A DNA stretch of 64,000 nucleotides from Eledone cirrhosa (lineage: Eukaryota). Positions 13,935-28,279 of the stretch are shown here, one piece after another. The notes beneath the pieces are model-generated. The model ran no database searches, was not told the DNA's origin, and saw nothing but the letters and a program-made list of their open reading frames with translations. The DNA lies in assembly GCA_964016885.1 (NCBI GenBank), contig OZ024744.1:93744001-93808000 (forward strand), written 5' to 3'. The position numbers and the translations under genes were made by a program. Numbering within the stretch: position 1 is the first letter of the stretch; each line of letters starts with the position of its first letter.

Positions 13935-14175
13935 AAGACCAGCAGTCACCTATGCATACCAGTTTCTCATCTCCATGCCACCAATCTTGTCCAAGGGAAA
14001 GTCAATGGTCAACACAGCTTGGGACCAGTGACATCACAACTCATTTCTGCAGCTGAATAAATTGGAACAACATGAAATAAAGCGTCTTGCTCAAGGACAC
14101 AACACAGCACCCAGTCCAGGAAAGGAACTCACAACTTTACAATTGCAAGCCCAACGCTCTAACCACTAAGCCATG
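13935..14175 (-). mobile_element. Diverged SINE related to family A
   Basis: tRNA head (ctctaaccactaagccatg on plus) and gaaataaagcgtcttgctcaagg core. Confidence 0.75.
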
Positions 14176-14485
14176 ATATTACATCAAAATAAATATAAAA
14201 CCTAAGAGAAAATTTAAATTGTGAGGTCCAGTCTGTGTATGATCCAGCCTTGTTTCAATTTACAAGATTCACAAGGTTCCAAATTGGTCTGAATGTATTG
14301 AGTCAGCAGACATAACATGAAGCTTAATCTGTTTCTTATGTGAAACAATGCTGGAATTAACTGTCCAAGAATTCTTTTTATATTTCACATCAATTTGTCA
14401 TTTCCCCACCCATGAACCAATATTTCAGATGACATTGAAAAGACATTAAAAAGATTTAAAATATCTGTGAAAATGGCAGTCACAC

Positions 14486-14597
<112 letters not shown>

Positions 14598-14685
14598 AGA
14601 TGTCAACATTAATAGACCTGTTATTTTTATCTAAAGACATTTTCCAATTCCAACCCGCCCGTCTATCTTATTTCTCATTCTTTCT

Positions 14686-14722
14686 TTCTTCTGATGAAGG
14701 ACTAGCATCCAAAACGTTAAGA
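14686..14722 (+). ncRNA. Degenerate PLE-type hammerhead (GAAA->AAAA)
   Basis: tctt-CTGATGA-a-gga-ctagca-tcc-aAAA-cg-TT-aaga. Confidence 0.55.
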
Positions 14723-14805
14723 CTCTCTTCCTGCTATATCAAGCATTAACCTAATATATCCCTTCCATATACTGTACCGATTGTGTTGTTATTTCTGTTT
14801 ACCTG

Positions 14806-15914
<1,109 letters not shown>

Positions 15915-16568
15915 TTATGATACATTAAAAAAAAGACACCAAATACATTAATACATTAAATGCTGATTAACGAACGTTTCATCCTCTAAGGGTTGATACA
16001 TAGCCTTTTATTTTGCTTATTATGATAAATTACTCTATTTTGAGCTGTTTAAACTCTCCACCTATGGTTATAACTTTTTATATTGTTTTTGTGAAAAACA
16101 ATATATATTTCATATATATATATATATATGAGATGACACTTATCAAATAGAATGGACACAGTTTTGGTTGTTTCCACACTGAATAATCTAATTAACTCTG
16201 TATTATTAAAATTCAAACCCAACTGATTATTGTTATCACATACGTTAATCAGCGAGGAAGACGACTTCATGTGGGGAAGATAATTGAGGTATCTGGACCG
16301 ATGCATCAGTTTCTACAGTTCTGATCTGCTGGCAGCGTTCTGAGTTGAACAACCATGTGCAGAAAATTAGGTAATGTTAGTATATGTATATGTAGGAAAC
16401 AGTTGATCAAAGATCAAGGAAAACAGTGCTCAATCTGTTGCAAGAGAGCTTATTTAGTATAAACAAAGTTTCATACACTGTGACTATTGGTTTTGGGGTC
16501 CAATTATGGCCACCACTGTATAATGGAGGAGGCACTTTTGAACTGGCTCTTCAATATATATATATATA

Positions 16569-16952
16569 TCATCATCATCATTTCATTTTACGTCCGCTTT
16601 TCCCTGCTTGCAAGGGTGGGACGGGAACTGATTCTGGCTTGATTTCTACGGCTGGATGTCCTTCCTAACACCAACCTCATTTACAGTGAGTGGTGGGGGC
16701 TTTTTATCCATGGCGCCTACACGTCCACTTTACGATGTGGGCTGGGTGCTTTTTTGCCGTGGCACCTCCACGATCACTTGCAGTGGAATGATAGGGACCC
16801 CAGTCCCTATCATCTCATTCCTACAGCTGAGTAAACTGGAGCAATGTGAAATAAAGTGTCTGGCTCAAGGAAACAACACATCACTGGTCTGAGAATTGAA
16901 CTCACAACCTTTCGATTGCAAGGCCAATGCTCTAACCACTAAGCCATGTGCC
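16569..16952 (-). mobile_element. SINE family A
   Basis: Head, core and tail as above, with an internal ~40-bp subrepeat. Confidence 0.85.
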
Positions 16953-16965
16953 TATATATATATAT

Positions 16966-18865
16966 ACTAATTACCCTAATGCCATCCCTAACAACCAAGC
17001 GTCTACACAACATAGTAACCAGCAAGCAAACAACCAGAATAACCGTAACTGTAGAACAAATAGAACTTGCTCCTTAGGTAAAAATTGCTTAATCAAAGAC
17101 ATCATTTACTCATGCAGGGTCAACACAAACAACTCTTCTAAAACATATATCGGTTCAACTTCGAACTGCTTCAAGACGAGATATAACTCACATCTCCACA
17201 CGTTCAAAAATCGCAATCTAGCCAACTCCACTTCTTTATCCAGCTACATACACTCTCTGAAAACAAGGAATAGAACATATACACTTCAATGGGAGATAGT
17301 AGATAGGGCCGCATCATATAAACCACCTAATAAATTATGTAACCTCTGTCTTCTAGAGACCCGAACAATAATCTATTCTAAGCTGGACCTCCTAAATAGA
17401 AAATCAGAGGTTTTTTCGATGTGCCAGCACTACCACCAACACTCTTTCCATAGATTTAAACCTAGCTGCTAATGTATAACAATGTCAGATCTGAATTCCT
17501 CACCACCATTAACACTTCACCTCTAGGTCTTATCAGCATATAAGTACCCCCACAGCATCACACTATGTGATCAGCTCATCACTCTACCTAACTCCTTTTT
17601 ATCTCAAACTTTATACTATACAATAACTATTAGGAATAAACATAAAACTAACACCATTTAATATAACCACTATATCTTGCTTATATTATATTCAGGAATG
17701 GATAAATAATAATGAGACACTTAATGTAGTATAGGAAAATAAATTATATTCATAATTAAATATATAAATTAATAGCATTATATATATGAGATTCACTTAT
17801 AACATAATATAATGTATATTAATAGCTCAAGAGATTTGAGATTTGACCTGTAAACAACTATACATTCTTACCAATTTCATATACATTACATATACTTTAT
17901 TCAGTAATGGATAGAGAACAATATAATGAGACCTTTAATGTAAAATAGATTATATTTAAAATTAAACACAAACAAATAGCATTATATAAAAGGGATTCAC
18001 TTATAACACAATATAATGTATAGCAACACAAAGAATTTAACTAATTGGAGCTGTAAACATCTTTACATTTTTCTAAATTCATTTACAATGTAATCGCTAG
18101 TTACCTCCCCTTTCGTATTAGCTCCCCTTAATATAGATCAAACTCACTTCCGGAAATTAAACCATTAGAGGAACCACTCCACAACAAATCGAACCCCGGA
18201 TAACAATATATTAGGACCGGTATACAATCCATGGCTGTGACTGATTAAAAATATTCACTAAAATAAAACGTAGCCAATGTGATGGAAAAGATAGCAATAA
18301 CATTGATACTCTCAGCACATATACATTTGAACATTACAGAAACAATTAACACACTACATCCACCGTAAACTAATAATTTTAATACAAAAACAGCTTTGCC
18401 TGCTTGTAAACATATGTTGTTTTATGTGATACCTTTGTCTCGCAGAAATTATATATGCCTAGTACCATTACTTGTTTCATTCCTGTATATGCCTATTGCA
18501 TTTGCACTCTCTATACACTTACATATGTACTGCTAGTGTCCTCGTTTCACGAGTAACTTTCTACCTTAATGCCTCTCTAATTGTTATACTATTCTCTGTC
18601 GCATGCATTCCACTCTGTGCATTTTTAATTTTTAACTTTTAATTTTAATTATTGAAATCTATGTCACATCCATTCCACTCTGTAAATATGAAACTGTTGT
18701 TGACAACATTAATATCCATATATCTATATGATTGTTCAGTTGAATAGGAGGTTAATTATATGTACAAACATTGCTGGTGCTCCGATGACTCCAAACGATA
18801 GTTTGGAAGAAACGATTGTCAACAATAAAATGATTTGAACATAGCTTTGATTATTGTGTAATTTA
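16966..18865 (+). mobile_element. 5'-truncated Penelope-like element: GIY-YIG endonuclease (ORF to 17472) plus long 3' region; Naiad-like by motif impression
   Basis: C..CSLG.NCL..IIY..YIG.T..FK.RY..H, CNLCLLE, LN.K.E...C.H motifs; degenerate HHR at the 3' end; (TA)n flanks. Confidence 0.8.
18778..18824 (+). ncRNA. Hammerhead-like motif with CCGAUGA core
   Basis: tgct-CcGATGA-c-tccaaac-gata-gtttgga-a-GAAA-cgattg-TC-aaca then AATAAA. Confidence 0.65.
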
Positions 18866-18876
18866 TATATATATAT

Positions 18877-19100
18877 CATCATCATCGTTTAACGTCCATC
18901 TTCCACGCTTGCATGTGTTTGGACGGGAGTTTTCTCACTTGAGACAAGATTGGTTGTCTTGCTCGTATAGGACTGTCTGGCGAGTTTTCTACGGTTGGAT
19001 GCCCTTCCTAATACCAACCACATTTACAGTGTGGACTGGGAGGTTTTTACCGTGTTACCTACACGGCCACATTACAGCGTGGTCTGTGTTTTTTTTTTAT
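18877..19100 (-). mobile_element. RTE 3' tail fragment
   Basis: Near-identical to 4811-5050. Confidence 0.8.
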
Positions 19101-19113
19101 ATATATATATATA

Positions 19114-19427
19114 TTACAGAAAAAAGAGAATCAGTGTTGCGACGAAAGGAATTTATTGGACATATTACAAATGTTTCTCGGGCGACCAGCTCAAGGCACG
19201 GTCGATATGGTGATCACACCTGTCTCTGAAATCAACACGGTCGTCAGTTACATCTCGATTCTACAAAGCAGATTTTCCTATCATAGGACGTATCTAATGA
19301 CCGTGTTGATTTTAGAGACAGGTGTGATCACCATATCGATCGTGCCTCGAGCTGGTCACCCGAGAAACATTTGTAATATGTCCAATAAATTCCTTTCCTC
19401 GCAACAATGATTCTCTTTTTTCTGTAA
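19114..19427. mobile_element. Fold-back pLTR-like module with long-stem-II hammerheads (19158-19255 minus, 19286-19383 plus)
   Basis: ~130-bp inverted arms; ggacgtat-CTaATGA..GAAA-catttg-TA-atatgtcc-AATAAA; left arm has CTGACGA; same family as 50330-50448. Confidence 0.75.
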
Positions 19428-19915
19428 CATCATACTCTGCTCTACGAGGGCATTGAGTGCTCATACGGCCTACCGCATACAGACTCGTTAAGCATCCAAC
19501 ACCAATTATATATATATATATATAAGGAAGGGCATCCAGCTGTAGAAGCCAAGCCAGAATCAGTTCTGATTGAGCAAGACATGGTCACTTGACCTAGCAT
19601 TGCCCACAAGACAACCCATGCTAGCATGGAACATATATCATCATCACCTCCGTTTTATGTCAATGTACTCACAAGTATATATATATGTTATGTTGGTACC
19701 ACAAAACATCCAGCCCACTCTTTAAAGTGGTTGTGTAAAAGACACAGCAAAAAACACCAGCACACACTGTAAATGTGGTTGGTGCTAGGAAGGGCATCCA
19801 GCTGTAGAAAACCAGTCAAAAAACAGTCCTATATGAGCAAGACACGGTCACCTGACCCAACTTGCCTCTAAATGGGACAAACCCATCTAACGATGATGAT
19901 GATGATGATACATAC

Positions 19916-20166
19916 ACGTTATCCAACCATTTTGCTCGGGGTCTACCCCTGGATCTCTTGCCAGTTGGTTTTGCTTGTAAAATCTTTCCAGCAATTCTTT
20001 CCCCAAGACATTCTAACTACATGTCCATATAACATCCATGAGCTTGACTGGTCTCACTTGGAGATCCAGCAAGATCAGTTGGAGACGGTTGCTTCTGATA
20101 GGACCCACTGGAAGGAGTTTTTGAGCACTATCCACACAACCCTCTCAGGAATAAGTGGTTGAAGAA
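19916..20166. mobile_element. RTE-group family 2 3' end with inverted 5' part
   Basis: 19916-20028 is the reverse complement, and 20029-20166 the direct continuation, of the copy at 27568-27820. Confidence 0.75.
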
Positions 20167-20531
20167 TCACACACATATATATATACATACACACACATAT
20201 ATATATATGTATACATACACATGTGTGTGGGTGGGTGGGTGAGTGTCTATGTGAATATATAAAATTAATTTGTGAAAAACTGCAAGTGTAAATGGCACAA
20301 ATCTGTAATAAAGGGACATAATTCGTTAAAATTTTATTTGACCGTCAATTGCAAAGCATACAAATGACCAACATAACATGCATATTGGCTATTTAAATAC
20401 AGTAAGTCCCCAACTTATGAACGTTCCAAAAAGCAGTTCATCAGTTGATTATCTAACACAGTATGTACCAGTAAGACCATATATGTTACATTGATACTGC
20501 AGGTTTTCATATGAGTGATATATATATATAT

Positions 20532-20781
20532 CATCATTTTACATCCGCTTTTCCTTGCTTGCAAGGGTGGGACGGGAACCGATTCTGGCTTGATTTCTAC
20601 AGCTGGATGCCCTTCCTAACACCAACCTCATTTACAGTGAGTGCTGGGTGCTTTTTTGCTGTGGCACCTCCACGACCACTTTGCAGTGGAATGATATGGA
20701 CCCCAGTCCCTATCATCTCATTTCTACAGCTGAGTAAACTGGAGCAATGTGAAATAAAGTGTCTTGCTCAAGGAAACAACA
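20532..20781 (-). mobile_element. SINE family A lacking the tRNA head
   Basis: Body and tail match other copies. Confidence 0.8.
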
Positions 20782-21149
20782 TAGAGGTATATATATACAC
20801 ACACACACACAACATATAGAGGTATATATATAACGTGATATAGAGGTATATAAAACATAATATAGAGGTATAGAGAGAGGTATATATAATATAATTGTTT
20901 CTACTTTTGGCACAAGGCCAGCAATTAACCAGTGCATTACTGGTACTTTATTTTATCGACCCCGTAAGGATGAAAGGCAAAGTCAACCTCGGCGGGATAA
21001 TGAATATATATATATATACACATAAGTATATAGAGGTATATATAACATGTAATATAGAGGTGTATATATACAGCTTATAGAAGTATATATTCAGTGGTAT
21101 ATATATATATATATATATATTACAGTATATAGAAGTATAACATGTAATT

Positions 21150-22077
21150 AATTTAAATACTATAAAGCTAATGACAATAATTTGTTAAAGAAAAAAAGTA
21201 CTTTTTTCCATTCTGAGAGGTAGGTAGGTTTTCAGCTTGTTTTTATACTGCAAAAGAAGGCACAGGTCTAGAAAGAGCCCACAAAAACGCAAATTTCAAA
21301 CTCAGACAAATTTTTTCCTCTTCATGAGACTGTTCGTATCTCCACAAGTTCTTTTGTAAGGTGGGGACTTACTGAAATCACCATATTTTTATAGTATACA
21401 AACAACCATTATAAGTATTTTTGTAAAATTTCTTTATTCAATCCGTTATTACTGTAAGTATATGAAAATATCACTCATTTGAATTTTACCTCCACATACG
21501 AGACTGTAACTAACAATTTTATAACTAAAATATAAAATAAATATACAATTTCAAATAGAAACAAACAAACGAAAATAAACACCAAAACAAAAGAAGGGAG
21601 ATAATTTAAAAAAAAAAAAAAAAAAAAAAAAGCATTTTTTTTTTTTTCTTTTTTAATGATTCTGTGATTAGAAGAGCAATTGCTGCGAAAAATTTATTAT
21701 GTTCAGAACAAGCTCATGTGTAAGCCGACAGATATCTTTGCTATGAAGACTAAGTTTTTCACTTCTCCACTTCTGCTCTCTCAGCATTCTTCAACATCCT
21801 TCTTCCACCCACCCCCCGCCCCACCTTTCTTTATTTTCTATCTATTCAAGAACTTAGTTCAACTATTTTATTTTACATTACATTTGTTTTTGGTTCTTTT
21901 TACTATAAATTACATATTTATCCCATTCTTTTTTTTTTTACAAACGAAAATAATATCAATTTATGGGATGTAATATTTACAGCTTGTATATTTTCACTGT
22001 TCAATTTGATAACGAATACAAAAATATGTTATGGGCAAAAATTATTTTTAAGAAAGAGACATCTGGGAATTGTTTTT

Positions 22078-22109
<32 letters not shown>

Positions 22110-22624
22110 GGAAGAAATTAAAATAATGAACATCAAAGATTAAATTAAAAATTAAATGTACATCTAGCTTTTATTACTTAATAAACACAGGTAAAGAATT
22201 TCAAGTTTGAATAAAACACCTTCCTTTGTCTCCTATATTGCATATCACATACACCCCCCCACAATCAGTAATTTGAGGAAAGAACATTTTCTTGTTTTGT
22301 TTTTTAAAAAAAAAAAGAATTACTTTTTTTTTTTAATGATACATTCGTTAAGAAAGAAAAAACTTTCGGGTAAAACGTGTGTCGTGTTTGCGACCAAGCC
22401 AATACATGTGCCAACATTCACCAGTTTAAGTAGTGCACAAAATATCTTCTTGGTTAGCGATACAGCAGCCATGAGTGAGTGTGCGTGTGGGTAAGTGAAA
22501 GCAAGCACACATTGGATTTTGATAATGTCTTTATAATTTTTATTCTTTTCTTTAAAATAAAAACCCCAAAAAACTTAATCATTCATTTTTTTTTTTGGAA
22601 AGGAGGGGGGGGGGGAGTTTAGAC
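21150..22624 (-). other. Probable LAMTOR1 3' UTR (extent uncertain)
   Basis: Repeat-free AT-rich stretch downstream of the stop, with several AATAAA on the minus strand. Confidence 0.4.
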
Positions 22625-22717
22625 TTAACAAACCCTGAAAGGTACTATTAGTTCTTCTTTATGGTTCACTTGTATGTGATTGTAAGCCTCACAAGCTTGG
22701 TCTGCTGCTTTTTTTAT
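22625..22717 (-). CDS. LAMTOR1: LAMTOR1 last coding exon, IKKAADQACEAYNHIQVNHKEELIVPFRVC*
   Basis: Acceptor ttttattttcag; KEELIVPF resembles the conserved KEELVVQF; spliced CDS totals 498 nt (165 aa + stop) with all phases compatible. Confidence 0.92.
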   Translation of the reverse strand: MKKAADQACEAYNHIQVNHKEELIVPFRVC

Positions 22718-22820
22718 CTGAAAATAAAAAATAAAATTTATTAATATGAAACTTTGAAACATTTTTTTTATTTTGCTCATCCGAAGCAAGGCAATAAGAC
22801 AATTAAAATGCAAGGGTTAC

Positions 22821-23580
22821 TAAGCTTGTCTTTATTGACTTATATCGAGACAGACAAATTGTATTCACTTTAATTAGTTTATTTCATGCTAGCTAACTTT
22901 GTCTCTTACAATACAAACACGTTTGTGTTTATCATATATATTAATATATAACTTGTATTTCACTGCCTCTTTCTTTGAGCTGATTAATTGTAAACGACTA
23001 TGAGTTTAATCTCTAAATATAATATAGTATATTGCTTCTTAACTGTAGAGCTGATCTTTAATCCTGTATAAACGGCTGTTATTCCTAGCACCGGGAGTAC
23101 GGGATGGCTAGTATAGCTGGCTACACACGTGTAATCAGACCTGCAAAATTTTTGAAGGTGGAATGTACTAATTTTACTGGATTCCTGTTGATAAGCACAG
23201 AAGATTTGGATATTTCACTTTTTATTTCAATTTCATTTCGATTGTCTTTATTTTTCAATTCATGTACCATTGTTGCGAAATATATTTGGGTTTCAAAGTT
23301 CAAATTCATCTACGGAGCGGGTTTGGATTTTGAAATTTAAATTTGTCCAGGAATCACGGCTTTTGCCAATATAAGCTTGTCTTTATTGACTTATATCGAG
23401 ACAGACAAATTGTATTCACTTTAATTAGTTTATTTCATGCTAGCTAACTTTGTCTCTTACAATACAAACACGTTTGTGTTTATCATATATATTAATATAT
23501 AACTTGTATTTCCCTGCTCAGAAATGCCTCTTTCTTTGAGCTGATTAATTGTAAACGACTGAGTTTAATCTCTAAATATA
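22821..23580. repeat. ~200-bp direct repeat with ~551-bp period
   Basis: taagcttgtctttattgac..ctctaaatata at 22821 and 23372. Confidence 0.85.
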
Positions 23581-23607
23581 ATATATATTATATATATATA
23601 TATATAT

Positions 23608-23638
<31 letters not shown>

Positions 23639-23683
23639 ATATATATATTATATATATATATTATATATATTATATATATATAT

Positions 23684-23747
<64 letters not shown>

Positions 23748-23803
23748 ATATATATTATATATATATATTATATATATATATTATATATATTATATATATA
23801 TAT

Positions 23804-23834
<31 letters not shown>

Positions 23835-23903
23835 ATATATATTATATATATATATTATATATATTATATATATATATTATATATATATATTATATATATA
23901 TAT

Positions 23904-23957
<54 letters not shown>

Positions 23958-23965
23958 ATATATAT

Positions 23966-23998
<33 letters not shown>

Positions 23999-24649
23999 AT
24001 ATATATATTATATATATATTATATATATATTATATATATATTATATATATATTATATATATATATATATTATATATATTATATATATATTATATATATAT
24101 TATATATATATTATATATATTATATATATATTATATATATATTATATATATATTATATATATATTATATATATATTATATATATTATATATATATTATAT
24201 ATATTATATATATATTATATATATATATATATATTATATATATATATATTATATATATATTATATTATATATATATTATATATATATATATTAATATATA
24301 TATATTATATATATTATATATATATTATATATATAATATATATATATATATATTATATATTATATATATATTATATTATATATATATTATATATATATAT
24401 ATTAATATATATATATTATATATATATTATATTATATATATATTATATATATATATATTAATATATATATATTATATATATTATATATATATATTATATA
24501 TATATTATATATTATATATATTAATATATATATATTATATATATTATATATATATTATATTATATATATATTATATATTATATATATATTATATATATAT
24601 ATTATATTATATATATATTATATATATATATTATATATTATATATATAT

Positions 24650-24682
<33 letters not shown>

Positions 24683-24930
24683 ATATATATATATATTATA
24701 TATATATATAATATATATAATATATATTATATATATATATATATTATATATTATATAATATATATAATATATATTATATATATATTATATATTATATATA
24801 TTAATATATATATATTATATATATTATATATATTATATATATATTATATATTATATATATATTATATATATATTATATTATATATATATTATATATATAT
24901 ATTATATATATATATATATTATATATATAT

Positions 24931-24961
<31 letters not shown>

Positions 24962-25225
24962 ATATATATATATATTATATATATATAATATATATAATAT
25001 ATATATTATATATATATTATATATATATATATTATATATATATATATTCAATCATCATCATGATTGAATATATATATATATATAATATATATATATATAA
25101 TATATATATAATATATATATATATATAATATATATATAATATATATATATATATAATATATATAATATATATTATATATATTATATATATATAATATATA
25201 TATATTATATATTATATATATATAT

Positions 25226-25264
<39 letters not shown>

Positions 25265-25870
25265 TATATGAGGGTGTTAAAGTTTGCTTGAAGCATTGTG
25301 AAATGTGTAAAATACGTAGTTTAGAAAGCCACAACAATGCAGAGGGAAATCTCGAGGTAGGAAGTGAATGATAGATAGGAGAAATAGGATAAAGTGAAAA
25401 TTGAGAGAGACCAAAGATGAAAACAAAACAAAGGTAGAAGGGTTACCGTAGTGGAGATTTAATCCCAATATTTCGGGCTCACGCCCATCAACGGGGGAAA
25501 GTTCCAAAAGGGGGGGAACAGGCTAAGCGAGAAAGTTGTGATGTCGTTAAAACAGGAACGACATCACAACTTTCTCCGCTTAGCCTGTTCCCCCCCTTTT
25601 GGAACTTTCCCCCGTTGATGGGCGTGAGCCCGAAATATTGGGATTAAATCTCCACTACGGTAACCCTTCTACCTTTGTTTTGTTTTCATCTTTGTCTCTC
25701 TCAATTTTCACTTTATCCTATTTCTCCTATCTATCATTCACTTCCTACATCGAGATTTCCCTCTGCATTGTTGTGGCTTTCTAAACTACGTATTTTATAT
25801 ATATATATATATAATATATATATATATATTATATATATATATATATATATAATATATATTATATATATAT

Positions 25871-25917
<47 letters not shown>

Positions 25918-25926
25918 TATATATAT

Positions 25927-25959
<33 letters not shown>

Positions 25960-25964
25960 ATATA

Positions 25965-26007
<43 letters not shown>

Positions 26008-26173
26008 ATATTATATATATTATATATATATTATATATATATATTATATATATATTATATATATATATTATATATATATATATATTATATATATATTATA
26101 TATATATATTATATATATATATATATTATATATATATTATATATATATATATATTATATATATATATATATAT

Positions 26174-26207
<34 letters not shown>

Positions 26208-26257
26208 ATATATATATAATATATATATATATTATATATAAATATTATATATATATA

Positions 26258-26305
<48 letters not shown>

Positions 26306-26389
26306 TATATATAATATATATATATATATTATATATATATATAATATATATATATATATATTATATATATATATATTATATATAATATA

Positions 26390-26432
<43 letters not shown>

Positions 26433-26650
26433 ATAATATATATATATATATTATATATATATATATAATATATATATATATTATATATATATATAATATA
26501 TATATATATAATATATATATATATATTATATATATATATAATATATATATATTATATATATATATTATATATATATATATTATATATATATCTATTATAT
26601 ATAATATATATATATTATATATATAATATATATTATATATATATATATAT

Positions 26651-26684
<34 letters not shown>

Positions 26685-26690
26685 ATATAT

Positions 26691-26722
<32 letters not shown>

Positions 26723-26730
26723 ATATATAT

Positions 26731-26794
<64 letters not shown>

Positions 26795-26951
26795 ATATAT
26801 ATTATATATATATATTATATATATATTATATATATATATATATATTATATATATATATATTATATATATATTATATATATATATTATATATATATTATAT
26901 ATATATATTATATATATATTATATATATATATATATATTATATATATTATA

Positions 26952-26995
<44 letters not shown>

Positions 26996-27103
26996 ATATA
27001 TATATATTATATATATATATATAGCTCTACGGTTCTTATATATTTGATATATATTTTCCTTATCGAGCCCTCTTTGGATTTTAGTCTTCAATTTTATTAT
27101 TAT

Positions 27104-27191
<88 letters not shown>

Positions 27192-27245
27192 ATATTATAT
27201 ATATATATATTATATATATATATATTATATATATATATTATATAT

Positions 27246-27295
<50 letters not shown>

Positions 27296-27370
27296 AATAT
27301 ATATATATATTATATATATATTATATATATAAATATATTATATATATAATATATATATATATATAATATA
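23580..27370. repeat. Interrupted (TA)n satellite field in the last LAMTOR1 intron
   Basis: Direct inspection. Confidence 0.95.
25308..25797. mobile_element. Fold-back module (~240-bp arms, 8-nt loop) with a variant hammerhead in each arm (25463-25498 minus, 25608-25643 plus)
   Basis: tccc-CcGtTGA-t-gggc-gtga-gccc-GAAA-ta-TT-ggga; arms nearly identical. Confidence 0.75.
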
Positions 27371-27371
27371 T

Positions 27372-27820
27372 ACCCAGTCTCACCTATGGTCATGATCTTG
27401 AGTAATGACCAAAAAAACACAATTGTGAATACAAGTGGCTGAAATGGGGGTTCCTCTGAAAGGTCTTTGGAGTAACGTTACTCGATAGAATGCGTAGCTC
27501 AGAGATCAGAGAGTCGTTCCCAGTAAAGCTGCTACTTATCCAAATTGAGAGATCACAGCTCCGATACTATGGGCATGTTGTTAGAATGTCTCAGGAAAGA
27601 ATCACTGGACAGATTTTACAGGCAAAACCAAGTTCCAGGAGACCTAGAGGTCAACCCCGAGCAAGATGGTTAGATAACAATCATGTACTTAGCTGATCTC
27701 ACTTGGGGATCCATCCAGATCAATTGGAGACGGTTGCTTCTGACAGGACCCGTTGGAAGGAATGCTTGAGAACTCTACCTCCATGGCCCTCTCACGAATA
27801 AGTGAGCAAAGAAGAAGATG
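27372..27820 (+). mobile_element. RTE-group family 2 3' fragment (another copy at 29922-30150)
   Basis: IERSQLRYYGHVVRM..RPRGQPRARWLDN. Confidence 0.85.
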
Positions 27821-28040
27821 CCTAAATGCCTTGTCTCATGTCAGGACCACCTGTCTAACCCATGCAAACATGGAAAATAAATGTTAAAATGTGATGATGA
27901 TGAGGATGATGATGATGATGACGACGATGATAATGATTTGTTGAAAAATGGCACTACTGTTTCAATACTAACAGACAGACAGCTGCTTTTGTGCTTATTA
28001 CATAGATCAATACAGAAGGAGAAAAATTATTATTTCTTAC

Positions 28041-28170
28041 CAGTAAAAGATCTGTAGAAGGCAAAGGTTGTGATGACAATATGACTTGTGGATTGTTTGT
28101 ACTGTTTGGTAACTGTGTTTTATATGTTCGGATTCGACCTGAGCCGTTTAAAGCGCTATTTAATTTCTCA
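28041..28170 (-). CDS. LAMTOR1: LAMTOR1 coding exon 5, EKLNSALNGSGRIRTYKTQLPNSTNNPQVILSSQPLPSTDLLL
   Basis: Acceptor tttcatttccag, donor CTG|gtaaga, 130 nt, phase 2->0; resembles [22 protein letters not shown]. Confidence 0.92.
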
Positions 28171-28279
28171 CTGGAAATGAAACATAAAATAACTTTACAT
28201 AGAATATACAATTTATAGACAATTTGAAAATTAGTTACTACACTGTGGAGGTGTGTGTGTGGGGGTGGCAGGAAAGAGG

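Noticed and set aside
16242-16372. Exon-like island with splice-like sites on both strands
   Set aside because: Stops in all frames for the best acceptors; no recognisable protein
17473-18770. SECIS element in the Naiad-like 3' region
   Set aside because: No convincing AUGA/AA/GA quartet hairpin by eye and no in-frame UGA in the retained ORF
22366-22496. Plus-strand exon ending in gtaagt
   Set aside because: No acceptor; lies in the probable LAMTOR1 3' UTR
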